Source: an uncultured Trueperaceae bacterium
GTDB taxonomy: Bacteria; Deinococcota; Deinococci; Deinococcales; Trueperaceae
Direction: 5' to 3'
DNA length: 64,000 nucleotides
Assembly (NCBI GenBank): GCA_963799485.1
Contig: CAWCXJ010000008.1
Coordinates: forward strand, 96,001-160,000
The first letter of the stretch is position 1, and every line of letters starts with the position of its first letter. This document shows, piece by piece, positions 9,985 to 20,120 of this stretch. The notes under the pieces were generated by a model. That model was not told the origin of the DNA. It made no database searches and saw only the letters and a list, made by a program, of their open reading frames with translations. The position numbers were made by a program, and so were the translations under genes.

Positions 9985-11166
9985 TTACGCAGTGTGCGTT
10001 TGGACGGGGGCGTGCGTAGCCTCTGAACGTTTAAGCGTCATGGTGTCGGGCTTACCCTTACCGGTTTGGTTGGCGACAGGGATACGGACACCGGTTTCGG
10101 GATCAAAAAGGAGCGTATGCGCGAGGTCGAACTCGAGGTACACCCGGTCACCTGCCCGCAAGCTTCGGGTAATCGGTAAGGTCACGGTTAGCTCCATCTC
10201 GCCGTAACGCACGAGCAAACGGGTTTCGTCACCTAAATGCTCGGCGACTGCGACGTCGCCGGGAATGCTACCGGACTGCTCATGGCGGTGAACGGCGATG
10301 CGGTGCGTGCGGATGCCGAGCTTGACGGTGCGGCGCTCGCCCAGCGCGTCCAGCATGTCGCGGCCGACCGGCAGCGCAAACTCGGTTCCGGGTAGCCGCA
10401 GCGTGGGCGGCTCGCCCCGGCTCAGCTCGACCGTAAAGATGTTCATCGGCGGCTCTCCGATAAACCCGGCGACAAACTCGTTCGCGGGGTAGTTATAGAC
10501 CTCATACGGGGTGCCGTACTGTTGCAACACCCCCAAATCTAAAATCGCGATGCGGTCGGCCATCGCCATCGCCTCGAGCTGATCGTGCGTGACCAAAACT
10601 GTGGTTGCACCGACCTCGACGTGCAAGCGTTTGAGTTCGGTACGCATCTGTAGGCGGGCGCGGGCGTCAAGGTGACTGAGCGGTTCGTCAAGCAAGAGTA
10701 GCGTGGGTTCACGAACTAGGGCACGGGCGATGTTGACCCGCTGCTTTTGCCCGCCGCTCAAACTGCCCGGTTTGCTCTCTAAGATGTCGGTGATGCCCAA
10801 AAGGTGAGAGATGCGTTCGATTTTTTTCTTCTGGGTGGCGCGGTCGGTGTGTTTCGCCTTGAGGTTAAAGGCCAGGTTGTTGTAGATCGTCAAAGGCGGG
10901 TAGAGCGCGTAGTTTTCAAATGCCAAACCGACGCCGCGGTCTTTAGGCGCGACGTGATTCATCACCCGGTCGCCGATCAAAAGCTCGCCCGAGGTAATGT
11001 CTTCCAACCCGGCGATCATCCGCAGGGTGGACGATTTGCCGCACCCTGACGGCCCCAAGAGCGCGATAAACTCGCCGTCTTTGGACTCTAAATTGAGGTT
11101 GTTTAAGGCCGGTTCATGCCCTTTTTCGTACACTTTGGTAAAGTTCTCGAGCTTCAGTTTAGCCAC
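9985..11166 (-). CDS. Sugar ABC transporter ATP-binding protein (MalK-like)
   Basis: GTG start after GAGGGG; Walker A GPSGCGKS, LSGGQKQR, LLLDEP, THDQ. Confidence 0.92.
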   Translation of the reverse strand: MAKLKLENFTKVYEKGHEPALNNLNLESKDGEFIALLGPSGCGKSSTLRMIAGLEDITSGELLIGDRVMNHVAPKDRGVGLAFENYALYPPLTIYNNLAFNLKAKHTDRATQKKKIERISHLLGITDILESKPGSLSGGQKQRVNIARALVREPTLLLLDEPLSHLDARARLQMRTELKRLHVEVGATTVLVTHDQLEAMAMADRIAILDLGVLQQYGTPYEVYNYPANEFVAGFIGEPPMNIFTVELSRGEPPTLRLPGTEFALPVGRDMLDALGERRTVKLGIRTHRIAVHRHEQSGSIPGDVAVAEHLGDETRLLVRYGEMELTVTLPITRSLRAGDRVYLEFDLAHTLLFDPETGVRIPVANQTGKGKPDTMTLKRSEATHAPVQTHTA

Positions 11167-12331
11167 GCAACACCCCTCTCCCCTCGTCCGCGTCGCGCAC
11201 AGCGGCTCGAGCCAGAAACTGCCCGCTCTGCCGGTCGAAGAAGATGAGGTTCTCCGGCTTGACCGTAAAGCTGACCGTTTGGTCGAGCTGCGGCGCAACC
11301 TCGGCGTCAACCAGGGCACGGATCATCGTGTCTTGTCCTGTATTTTGCCGGGTTTTATCTTGCTGGGTTTTGATAATCAAGATGGCTTTGGCTCCGAGCG
11401 GTTCGTAGCTGTAGACCGTTCCCTGTACCCCTTCGTGCTGCCCCAAACGCACCTGCAGGTCGGCGGGACGGAAGCCGAGCAGCAGATTTTCATGCCCCAA
11501 CAGTTCTTCGAGCACTTCAGGCGGAACCTCAAACCCGTAAGCGCTGCCTTCGGCGACCGCCCGGGTTTGCCCGTCCGTGCCGGAACGAAGTGTCGCGCCG
11601 AGCATGTTGATCTCCGGGTCGCCGAAACCGCGCGCGACCTCGACGTTTTGCGGGCGCAAGTAGATATTGTCGGGCGTCCCGATCTGCAGCACCCGGCCTT
11701 CGTCCAACACGATGATCCGGTCGCCTAAACTGAGCGCCTCGAGATAATCGTGCGTGACGTAAAGGGTCGTGGTATCGAGTTCGCTCTGCACCAGTTTGAG
11801 TTCGGTGCGCATCTGGTTGCGCAGTTTGGCGTCAAGGTGACTGAGCGGCTCGTCCATCAAAAAGACGTTGGGTTTGCGGACCAACGCGCGGCCCAAAGCG
11901 ACGCGCTGGCGCTGCCCGTTACTTAAGGCGGTGATGGCCCGCCCCAACAGATGGTCAATTTTAAGCGTCGCGCCCACCTGCGTGACACGTTGTTTGATCT
12001 CGCCTTCGCTCATCTTCGACTTAGGGCCGCGCAGCGGAAACGCCATGTTTTCAAACGCGGTCATCTGCGGGTAGAGCGCGTAATTTTCAAAGACCATCGC
12101 GATATTGCGTTCGCTGGGCTCGAGCGTATTCGCCACTTTTTCTTGCAGCCAGACTTTCCCGGCGTCGGGCGTGGCGATTCCGGCAATCAGATTGAGCGTC
12201 GTAGTTTTACCCGCCCCGGCGGAGCCGAACACCACTACAAACTCTTTTTCTTGAAGTTCAAAACTGACGTTGTTGACGGCAGTCGTTTTGCCGTAGCGCT
12301 TGCTGACGCTTTCTAGCCGTAAAGGAACCAT
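11159..12331 (-). CDS. Sugar ABC transporter ATP-binding protein (second subunit)
   Basis: Walker A GSAGAGKT, variant signature LSNGQRQR, FLMDEP, THDY. Confidence 0.9.
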   Translation of the reverse strand: MVPLRLESVSKRYGKTTAVNNVSFELQEKEFVVVFGSAGAGKTTTLNLIAGIATPDAGKVWLQEKVANTLEPSERNIAMVFENYALYPQMTAFENMAFPLRGPKSKMSEGEIKQRVTQVGATLKIDHLLGRAITALSNGQRQRVALGRALVRKPNVFLMDEPLSHLDAKLRNQMRTELKLVQSELDTTTLYVTHDYLEALSLGDRIIVLDEGRVLQIGTPDNIYLRPQNVEVARGFGDPEINMLGATLRSGTDGQTRAVAEGSAYGFEVPPEVLEELLGHENLLLGFRPADLQVRLGQHEGVQGTVYSYEPLGAKAILIIKTQQDKTRQNTGQDTMIRALVDAEVAPQLDQTVSFTVKPENLIFFDRQSGQFLARAAVRDADEGRGVLRG

Positions 12332-12332
12332 C

Positions 12333-13166
12333 TCAGCCCTTCACCGCACCGAACGAAAGCCCGCGAACCAGGTGCCGCTGAATTGCCAGCGCCAAGAGCA
12401 CCACCGGGAGCGCCGTAATCGTCGCGGCGGCCGCCAGCTGACCGTAACGCACGCTGTCCGAACCGATAAACCGTAAAATGACGACGGTCGAGGTTTGCGC
12501 GTGGTTGCCCGACAACAGGAGCGGAAAGGTAAAGTTGTTCCACGAAAAGATAAACGCCAAAAGTCCGGCGGCGGCGAGGCCGGGGCGCACCAGCGGCAGC
12601 AAGACTTTAAGAAACACCTGCCACCACGAATAACCGTCGAGCTGCGCGGCGTACTCGAGCTCAGGCGAAATGTCTTCAAAGTAGCCGCGCACCACCCAGA
12701 TCAGTAAGGGCAGCGCAATCAGCTGATAGACCCAGATCAGTCCGAAGTAGGTGTCTAACAGGCCGATACGCTGATAGATCAAAAAGAGTGGCAGGATCAC
12801 AAACAGCTCCGGCGCAAAACGGAACGAGAGCATGGTAAAGGCCAAATCTTCACGCCCCGGAAACTTAAAGCGGGCCAGTGCGTAGGCGGCGGGGACACCG
12901 ACGATCAGCGCGAGCACCACTGCGCCCGTACTGACGATCAAGTTGTTGAGAAAGTACTGTAGGTAGTCCGAACGTAAAAAGATTTCCGCGTAGTTCTGCC
13001 AGGTCGGGTTAAATCTAAACATGGTGGTGAGCATCTGATTGTCGGGCTTAAACGATAAAATCAGCATCCATACCAGCGGAAACAGTGCGAAGAGCGCGTA
13101 AAGGGTTAGCGCCAGGTTGCGCAGGACGGCCAGGAAGATACTTTTGCCGGTAGTCGTTTCTGTCAT
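12333..13166 (-). CDS. Carbohydrate ABC transporter permease (MalG-like)
   Basis: ATG 13166 after GAAGGG; EYAAQLDG, FSWNNF, GLSFGAVKG. Confidence 0.9.
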   Translation of the reverse strand: MTETTTGKSIFLAVLRNLALTLYALFALFPLVWMLILSFKPDNQMLTTMFRFNPTWQNYAEIFLRSDYLQYFLNNLIVSTGAVVLALIVGVPAAYALARFKFPGREDLAFTMLSFRFAPELFVILPLFLIYQRIGLLDTYFGLIWVYQLIALPLLIWVVRGYFEDISPELEYAAQLDGYSWWQVFLKVLLPLVRPGLAAAGLLAFIFSWNNFTFPLLLSGNHAQTSTVVILRFIGSDSVRYGQLAAAATITALPVVLLALAIQRHLVRGLSFGAVKG

Positions 13167-13176
13167 GATGCCCTTC

Positions 13177-14121
13177 TTAGAGTCCGGCCGCACGCCGCTG
13201 CGCCGCGCCCCAGACCCTGACCAACACCCAGCTCGCCGCAAAAACGATCACCCATAAGACCATCATCAACGGAATGCTTTGACCCAGGTTGTTGTACAAA
13301 AAGCCGGTGTTATACGCGTTAAGCGACAGGCTGAGAAGTGTATCCCCCGGCCCGCCTTTGGTCGCCGCAAAGATGATGCTGAATTCTTGCAGCGAGACCA
13401 TCAGCCGGAAAATCAGTGCGATCAAAAGGTGCGGGGTGATCATCGGCAGGGTCAAGGTGCGAAAGGTAAACCAGGCCGAACCGCCGTCGAGTTGCGCCGC
13501 TTCATAAGGGGCTTTAGGGAGCGACTTAAGTCCGGCCAGGGCCAAGACCATGACAAACGGCGTGTAGACCCACACGTCAATCATCACCACCGTAAACATC
13601 GCGCTACTTGACGCCGCCGCCCAGCGAAAGCCGCCCAACCCGACCGCGTTCATCAGCGGGGCCAAGACCCCGACCGAGGGATTGGTCATCAGCTGCCAGA
13701 TCAGCGTGGCGACTACGGGCGCAATCATCAGCGGGAAAATCAGTAGCACCCGTAAAATTTTGGCGTAACGTGACTCGTTGTTTAAGAGCATCGCTACGCC
13801 GAGCCCTAAGAGCATCGCCACGCCCGTAGACCAGAGCGCGTACTGCAGCGTTACACTGACCGAGTGCCAGAACTGGGCACTAGTGAACATCTCGCGGTAG
13901 TTCTCGAGCCCCACGAACGCGTAGTCGGGAAAGCGAAAGGAAAAGTTCGTAAGTGACAGGTAGATCGCGTAAACAAAGGGGATCAAGATACCGGCGGTCA
14001 ACAAAAACGCTGGGGTCAAAATAAGATAGGGGCGGGCGCGCTGGCTCCACGTCGGTTTTACGACGTCGGCTTGACCGGGCCGGGTTTGCGTGGGTGGTTG
14101 ACCTTGGGCAGGAAGTGCCAT
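13177..14121 (-). CDS. Carbohydrate ABC transporter permease (MalF-like)
   Basis: TM segments, YEAAQLDGG, TKGGPG. Confidence 0.9.
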   Translation of the reverse strand: MALPAQGQPPTQTRPGQADVVKPTWSQRARPYLILTPAFLLTAGILIPFVYAIYLSLTNFSFRFPDYAFVGLENYREMFTSAQFWHSVSVTLQYALWSTGVAMLLGLGVAMLLNNESRYAKILRVLLIFPLMIAPVVATLIWQLMTNPSVGVLAPLMNAVGLGGFRWAAASSSAMFTVVMIDVWVYTPFVMVLALAGLKSLPKAPYEAAQLDGGSAWFTFRTLTLPMITPHLLIALIFRLMVSLQEFSIIFAATKGGPGDTLLSLSLNAYNTGFLYNNLGQSIPLMMVLWVIVFAASWVLVRVWGAAQRRAAGL

Positions 14122-14206
14122 ACTTGGGTCCTTTACTGTTGAGTAAGGCGCAGCGGGTGAGACCTTTAGAGCCCCACCCGTGCGGTTGCGGGTTAGTCAG
14201 CGCGCT

Positions 14207-15571
14207 CTATTTGACCCTGATGCGGCTGACTGTATTGGTAATGTTATCAGCCAGATTTTTCATTGTCGTTTCGGCGTCGCTACCTTGCTCGACGATCTCT
14301 TGCAGCGCGGCGGCCCACTCGGTGGTAGTCTCGAAAAAGAAGGGCTGCGGGGTGAACTCGATCTTTGCTTCGGGCACCACCGTATTTAGGGTTTCGCTAT
14401 AGCCCGAGGCGCTCTTGATCCGTTTGATAAAAGCGAGGTCGGTACGGACAGAATCGCGGGCCGGGTCAACCACGCTGGCGTTGACTGCGCCCCAGAGCAT
14501 GTGCTCTTTGCCGGTAAAGTACTGGATAAACAGCCACGCCGCGTCTTTTTTGCTCGAGCTGCTGTTCATCCCCAAAGACCAAATCCACAAGTTTGAGCTG
14601 ATGGGGTCGCCCTCAGCGGCGGCAGGGGGCGGCGCGAAGGCGATGTTCCCGCTCTGCGCCGAAGCGCCTTCGACGTTAGCAAAGTAACCGACGATGTCGG
14701 CGTCAAACATCATTGCGGCTTTACCGGCCCCCAGGTCAGCCGAGCACTGCGACCAGGTATAGCTCGACCAGGCGGGCGGGCCTCCGTCTTGGATGATCTT
14801 CGCCCACTCTTGCGTGGTACTAATAGCGTCGGCGGAGTCGAGTGCCGAAACGAGCTTGCCGTCTTGGACGGTAAAGTCTTTGGCTCCCGCACTGGTAAAA
14901 GCGGTCATGTAGCCGGGGTGAATCGTCGCCCACGAGCGCGTACCGCGGACACAGACGCCGTAAGAACCGGCTCCGTTCCAGCCTTTAAGGTCGCTGGCCA
15001 TCTGGTCGAGTTCAGCCAACGTTTTAGGTGGCGTCAGTCCTTTTTCCTTAAAGAGCGACTGGTTATACGACAGCGTGTACGCTTCAAACCCGAGCGGCAG
15101 CGTGTACTGCTCACCTGTACCAACCGGATCGCCGACGTTTAAGCTCCAGCGTCCGCCCGCCAAAACGCCTTTAGAAATGTCCTCGACGTCGTAGTCGGGG
15201 CTGGTTTTGCTGGGGTCACCAAGGTACGCGTCGAGCGGTTCCATATAGCCCGACGAGGCGTAGTCCCACATCTGGTAGATGCCGGTCATAAACACGTCGG
15301 GGTTCCCCGAGCGGGCGAACAAGTTCGTGGTGATGCGGTCGAAGTAGTTGTCTTCGGGGGTGACGTTATATGACACGTTGATACCGGTGAGTTCTTTGAA
15401 CTGCGGCAGCCGCGCGATGATCGCGTCGGCGTAGGGGTGCTGATTGAGTTCGACGTTGATGGTCGTGCCTTCAGCTTGACGCCAATCGAACTCTTGAGCG
15501 GTCGCAACCGCGCCGCTACAGAGCAGGGCGACGGTGCCGATCAAACTAACGTTTTTTAGAGTAGTGCGCAT
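14207..15571 (-). CDS. Carbohydrate/polyol ABC transporter substrate-binding protein
   Basis: Signal peptide (AVATA-Q), DWRQAEGTTI, FKELTGI, WIWSLGMN; RBS AAGGAG. Confidence 0.9.
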   Translation of the reverse strand: MRTTLKNVSLIGTVALLCSGAVATAQEFDWRQAEGTTINVELNQHPYADAIIARLPQFKELTGINVSYNVTPEDNYFDRITTNLFARSGNPDVFMTGIYQMWDYASSGYMEPLDAYLGDPSKTSPDYDVEDISKGVLAGGRWSLNVGDPVGTGEQYTLPLGFEAYTLSYNQSLFKEKGLTPPKTLAELDQMASDLKGWNGAGSYGVCVRGTRSWATIHPGYMTAFTSAGAKDFTVQDGKLVSALDSADAISTTQEWAKIIQDGGPPAWSSYTWSQCSADLGAGKAAMMFDADIVGYFANVEGASAQSGNIAFAPPPAAAEGDPISSNLWIWSLGMNSSSSKKDAAWLFIQYFTGKEHMLWGAVNASVVDPARDSVRTDLAFIKRIKSASGYSETLNTVVPEAKIEFTPQPFFFETTTEWAAALQEIVEQGSDAETTMKNLADNITNTVSRIRVK

Positions 15572-15668
15572 AAAGTATAGCTGTCTCCTTTAGGTATGAG
15601 GATATGTGCCTGGGCGAGCGAAAGACGAAACTCCCTTCAGCGACTAGCAACCGGTCGAAACGACCTGT

Positions 15669-15759
15669 TTAACAATTGCTACATGCGCTTGTCATTTGTA
15701 AATTGGCTTAAGCTTACCGGTAAATTTAGAAAATGTCAAGTAGTCTAAACATTTGCTAA
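15669..15759. promoter_or_regulatory. Four imperfect 14-bp palindromes (consensus TTNACAWWTGTNAA), probable operators of the adjacent SorC-family regulator
   Basis: TTAACAATTGCTAC 15669, TTGTCATTTGTAAA 15689, TTAGAAAATGTCAA 15726, TAAACATTTGCTAA 15746; two pairs each offset by 20 bp in a divergent promoter. Confidence 0.6.
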
Positions 15760-15867
15760 ACTGAACCCTCAACACCGGCACCAACGCTTGGTAGTCTTAC
15801 GCTTTGGTTTGTAAGCTGTCGTCAGCAGCTGGGCCGGATAAGGTATCGTGCCGAGTGAGGAGCGTCG

Positions 15868-16830
15868 GTGGAACCGTCAGAAAAACTCGATACGTTGGTG
15901 CAGACCGCCTACCTCTACTATCACGAGGGGCTGACGCAGGCTGAAATCGCGCAGGAACTAGGGCTCTCGCGGCCCACCGTCGCCAATTTGCTGCAGCGGG
16001 CGCGTACCGAAGGGCTCGTCACCATCTCCCTGCGGCCCGACTACCTGAGCAGTTTGACGCTCGCCCGCGACCTCAAAGCGCACTTCGGGCTGACCGACGC
16101 GCTGATCGTACCGACGCTGCCGGGCGCAGACGCGACCGCCGTAAACCGGGCGCTCGGCGCGATGGGGGCGCTGTACTTGGAGAAAGTCTTGACCCCCGGC
16201 GACGTGATCGCTACCGCCTGGGGCGCGACGATGCTCGAGGTCGCCCAGGCGCTCAGCGGTCGGACGGTTGAAAACGTCACGATTGCCCAGTCGCTCGGCG
16301 GCCTGTCAACCGCCGACACCTTTAATCCGGGCCGGGTGGCGACCCTGATGGGTGACAAACTCGGGGCCAGAACCTATCACCTTTACGTTCCGGCAGTGGT
16401 TGAGTCTAAAGAGGTCAGAGACATCTTGCTCCGCGACCGCGCCATCTACGCCGCGTTCGAGGTGGCGCGGTCGGCGCAGCGCGCGATTATGGGGATCGGC
16501 AAGGTGTCACACGGCGCGACGGTCATTAAAGCCGGCTTTATCAGCACCGAGCAGATGGACGAGCTGCACGCCAAAGGTGCCGTCGGCGATATGTCGGGGC
16601 GTTTTTTCGATGTTCACGGGGTTCCTGTCATGACCGACCTCGACGCCCGGATTATTGCGCTTTCGCTGGGCGACCTCAAAACCATCTCGCCGGTGATCGC
16701 CGTGGCGGGCGGTGAGGACAAGATCGAAGCGATTTTAGGGGCGCTCCGGGGCGGCTACTTAGACGTTTTGATCGTCGATGAGCAAACCGCGAAAAAGGTC
16801 TTAAAACGCAGTCAGGATGCGGGTAACTAG
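15868..16830 (+). CDS. SorC/DeoR-family sugar-binding transcriptional regulator
   Basis: AYLYYHEGLTQAEIAQELGLSRPTV HTH, AWGAT, GAVGDM, AGGEDK, LIVDE. Confidence 0.9.
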   Translation: MEPSEKLDTLVQTAYLYYHEGLTQAEIAQELGLSRPTVANLLQRARTEGLVTISLRPDYLSSLTLARDLKAHFGLTDALIVPTLPGADATAVNRALGAMGALYLEKVLTPGDVIATAWGATMLEVAQALSGRTVENVTIAQSLGGLSTADTFNPGRVATLMGDKLGARTYHLYVPAVVESKEVRDILLRDRAIYAAFEVARSAQRAIMGIGKVSHGATVIKAGFISTEQMDELHAKGAVGDMSGRFFDVHGVPVMTDLDARIIALSLGDLKTISPVIAVAGGEDKIEAILGALRGGYLDVLIVDEQTAKKVLKRSQDAGN

Positions 16831-16952
16831 AACGCTCTCAAAAACCCTGTGGGGCTGAGGCAGCTGCGCGGGAGCCTGAACAAACCAGCCGTGTAAGGCA
16901 GGCAGGTTTGTACCTGTTTACTTTCGCGTTGTAGAATAGTCGGGGGGGTACA

Positions 16953-19900
16953 GTGAGAGGGTCTGAAGAGAGTCCCTGGCGCAGCCTTTTTGAAACGGTA
17001 CGGGGCGCGCTCCATAATCGGCGGGACGAGCAGGGTGTCGTCGGCTCGATCAACTGGTTGCGCCAGGGGATGAAAGAGCGCGGGGCCAACCCGAACGTCG
17101 TGCGTAACATCATCTACCGTGACAAGGGCAAGCTTGCGGACAAACGGGTGCTTTTTAGCCTTTTAAGCGAGCTGTGGGAGAGTACCGGCAGAGCCCCCCT
17201 CGAGGCTCCTGAAATCGAACTCCTCCTCAGCAGTTCGCCCGATGAAGGGGAGGCGCAACTTTTGGGCCGCGACAAACGCCGCGTCTACAGCGGCTTTGTC
17301 GGCGCGGTGCGCGCGGGCAAGCAGCCCAAGCTGCTCGTGACCGGACGCCCCGGCTCCGGGAAAACACTCTTGAACGACGCTGTCCAGCGGGCGCTCGAGC
17401 GCCCCGCCCGGGGTTCGTTACAAGATACGTTACAGGGCGCGTCACAGGTTGCGCCGGCGGTCGTCCGGCAAGAGTTTTCGGCGCTCAACCTGGGCGACGC
17501 CCTTTTGCACCTCTCGCTGGCCCTCGGGGTGACGGCGGAAGCGTTCGAGGCCAAACTCGTCAAGGTCGGCGTCGCGGGCGCGTACGCGGTTCAGGCCGAC
17601 GCCCAAGCCGACGTCGCGCGGGTCGTGTGGGAGCGTCTACGTGGTCGGCGCGACCCGCTGGTACTGCTCTTGCACGTTTCGCAAACTGCCGGGGGCGCGC
17701 CGGGAACGTTGGGTGACGTGCCCCTGCGCCTCAGTACGCCGGACGTACCGCGTGTCGGCCTTACCGAATGGCTCTGGCACACGCTGCTGGAACCACTCTC
17801 GCGCCTGAACCACGTGAGTTTGCTCGTCAGCATGACCGAGGTGCCGCTGACGCTCGCCGGCCGCACCGGAGCTTTTGAAGGCCCCGTCAAACTCAGTCCG
17901 CCGACCACCGCCGAAGCGCAGCGCTTTGTGCGGGCGCGTGCGCCGCACCTTTCGGACGCGCAGCAAGAAGCGCTGGTAGGGCGGGCTAAACGCTCGTTCG
18001 AAGACCTCCGCACCCTGACGCTCTTGGCCGAGGCGCGCGAACCCCTGGACGAGAGCCGTCACGCCGAGCAGCTCGGTCAGCTCGTCTCCCGCGGTTCGGG
18101 CCGCCTGAGAGATTTTCTCGAGGTGTTGGCGGTTTTGTCCCTGCCGGAATTTCCGGCGGTCACCCAAGCGGCGCTGGAAACCCTGCGGAGCGCCGAACCG
18201 AGAAGCTTGAGCAGCCTCGAGCTGGCCTTTCTAGACGCCATGCCGGGCGAACCGGGCCTCTGGCGGCCCTTTTCGCGGCAGTTTTCGCGCACCCTGAGAA
18301 ACCGTTTACGCGCCGCCGACCTGGCGCGTTTTCGCAGCTTGAGCCGCGCCGCGAGCCGCCTCTATGAAGAAGACGCGCGCCGCGCTCCCCGGAGCGAGGC
18401 AGCCGCACGCTACGTCCATCACCTTTTTGCGGCTCGAGACTGGCGTGAGCTGCTCGCCTGGGCCGAACACGCCCCCGTGCCGCAATCGCTCTTGCAGCGG
18501 CTCTGGCGTGCGGCGCAGCGCGAACTCGGCGACCCTGCCACACTCGGCGCGGTGGCCCTGCGCGTCGCGTCGTACTATGTGCGGCTCGGCAGCCCCGAGC
18601 ATCCCGACGCGCTTGTGTCGCTCGAGGTGCTCGCCGCCTCGGGCGACCCCAAACTGCGCGCCTGGACGCGGGTCAGACGCGCCGAGAGCGCCCTGCTAGA
18701 AGGTCGTTACGGCGAGGCCGAAGCGCTGCTGGGAGGCTGGCAAGACGTCGGCGACCCAGGGCTTGCGCTCGAGGTTACGCTGCTGCGGGCCAACCTCGCG
18801 CGCTGGCGTTCGCACCTCGCAGACGCCGCCGAGCTGGCCCGGAGAAGCGCGGAAGCGCTCTCCCGGATGGACGCCTCAGATAACGCCGCAGACCCGGTTC
18901 TCGCGGTGCGGGTCGGGCTCTGGCTGGGCATCGTCGCCAAAGACGAGGGTGCGCTGGAAGGTGCGCTCGAACACTTTCGCCGCGTTTTTGACCACGTTGC
19001 AACCGGCGACGAACTGCTCCGCGCCCGTATCCGCTTTCAGGAGGCCGACGTCCTCTTTAGTCTCGGACACCTCCGCGACGCGCACGCGGCGCTGACCGAC
19101 GCGGTAAATCTGAGTTATCAAGGTGAAGCCCCGGCGTTCGAACGGGCGCGCTACCTCGCGCGGCGCGGTACGTTGCAGCGGCGTCTGGGTGACCTCGGCG
19201 CGGCGCACGCCGATTTTGCCGCCGCCTACGCCGCTCTCGCGAGCACCCAAACAGCGCCCGTGCGACTCGGTTTCGAATACGCGAAAGTCCAGGATGAAGA
19301 GGCGCTCAACCTGCTCGCCTGCGGGCGTGCCGACGAGGCGATCATCAGCCTTCAAGAAAACCTCGAAACCTTCGCCGCTTACGGTGAACATTACGGCGTC
19401 GATCCGAGTTTTCGCACGCTGCGCGGCACCTTGCGGCTGGCGCTCGCCTACGGTTGCCGCGCGCTGGGTCAGTGCTACCGGCTCCCGCTCGGGCTTTATC
19501 CCGAACCTGTAGCCGCCGACCTGCAACGGGCGCGGGGGCTCGTCGGCGTGGTGCAGGGGGCGCTGGCGGGTGAACCGGGGCGTTATGCGGGGCTCGTCAC
19601 CCAGGCGCAGCTGGCCGCGAGCCTCCTGCTGGCCCCCGAGGACGCTGTTAAACAAGCAGAGGCGGCCCTAAGCTCGGCCCGGTATCCTTACGGGCGGGGG
19701 CAAGCAGGTGCCCACCTCGCAGGCGCGCTTTTGCGCCGCCACGACCCCGCAGGCGCACGCGCGCTCAGCTACGCGGCGCAACACGACCTGCAAGCCGCCG
19801 CCACCGATGACGACGCTCTCTACGCCTACCTCGCCGTGTTGGACGCCGCCGCACATCTCTGTCTGGGCGACCCCGGAAGCGCACACGAGCGTATTTTCGG

Positions 19901-20120
19901 AGCCCTGCAAAAGCCGCAACTGGCGCGCTACCACGCGGCGCTGCTCCGCCGTTTCGGGGAGCTTGCCGAACACCTGGGGGTTCCGCCTAGCGCCGCTGCC
20001 CTTGGTTTCGGCGACGCGTCCCTGCCGAATACCCTCCGCCCCGCCGACGCACTTGTTTTGCGGCTCCGGCAGCAGCGCCGGGGTGCGCCCGCCGAACTCG
20101 CAGAAAAAGCCCGGCGGTGA
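16953..20120 (+). CDS. Large hypothetical protein: N-terminal helical domain, P-loop NTPase-like domain, long TPR-like C-terminus
   Basis: 1055 aa open frame; Walker A GRPGSGKT (17343-17366); Ala/Leu-rich helical repeats (LGDLGAAHADFAAA, GRADEAIISLQE); -10 TAGAAT at 16932. Confidence 0.75.
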   Translation: MRGSEESPWRSLFETVRGALHNRRDEQGVVGSINWLRQGMKERGANPNVVRNIIYRDKGKLADKRVLFSLLSELWESTGRAPLEAPEIELLLSSSPDEGEAQLLGRDKRRVYSGFVGAVRAGKQPKLLVTGRPGSGKTLLNDAVQRALERPARGSLQDTLQGASQVAPAVVRQEFSALNLGDALLHLSLALGVTAEAFEAKLVKVGVAGAYAVQADAQADVARVVWERLRGRRDPLVLLLHVSQTAGGAPGTLGDVPLRLSTPDVPRVGLTEWLWHTLLEPLSRLNHVSLLVSMTEVPLTLAGRTGAFEGPVKLSPPTTAEAQRFVRARAPHLSDAQQEALVGRAKRSFEDLRTLTLLAEAREPLDESRHAEQLGQLVSRGSGRLRDFLEVLAVLSLPEFPAVTQAALETLRSAEPRSLSSLELAFLDAMPGEPGLWRPFSRQFSRTLRNRLRAADLARFRSLSRAASRLYEEDARRAPRSEAAARYVHHLFAARDWRELLAWAEHAPVPQSLLQRLWRAAQRELGDPATLGAVALRVASYYVRLGSPEHPDALVSLEVLAASGDPKLRAWTRVRRAESALLEGRYGEAEALLGGWQDVGDPGLALEVTLLRANLARWRSHLADAAELARRSAEALSRMDASDNAADPVLAVRVGLWLGIVAKDEGALEGALEHFRRVFDHVATGDELLRARIRFQEADVLFSLGHLRDAHAALTDAVNLSYQGEAPAFERARYLARRGTLQRRLGDLGAAHADFAAAYAALASTQTAPVRLGFEYAKVQDEEALNLLACGRADEAIISLQENLETFAAYGEHYGVDPSFRTLRGTLRLALAYGCRALGQCYRLPLGLYPEPVAADLQRARGLVGVVQGALAGEPGRYAGLVTQAQLAASLLLAPEDAVKQAEAALSSARYPYGRGQAGAHLAGALLRRHDPAGARALSYAAQHDLQAAATDDDALYAYLAVLDAAAHLCLGDPGSAHERIFGALQKPQLARYHAALLRRFGELAEHLGVPPSAAALGFGDASLPNTLRPADALVLRLRQQRRGAPAELAEKARR

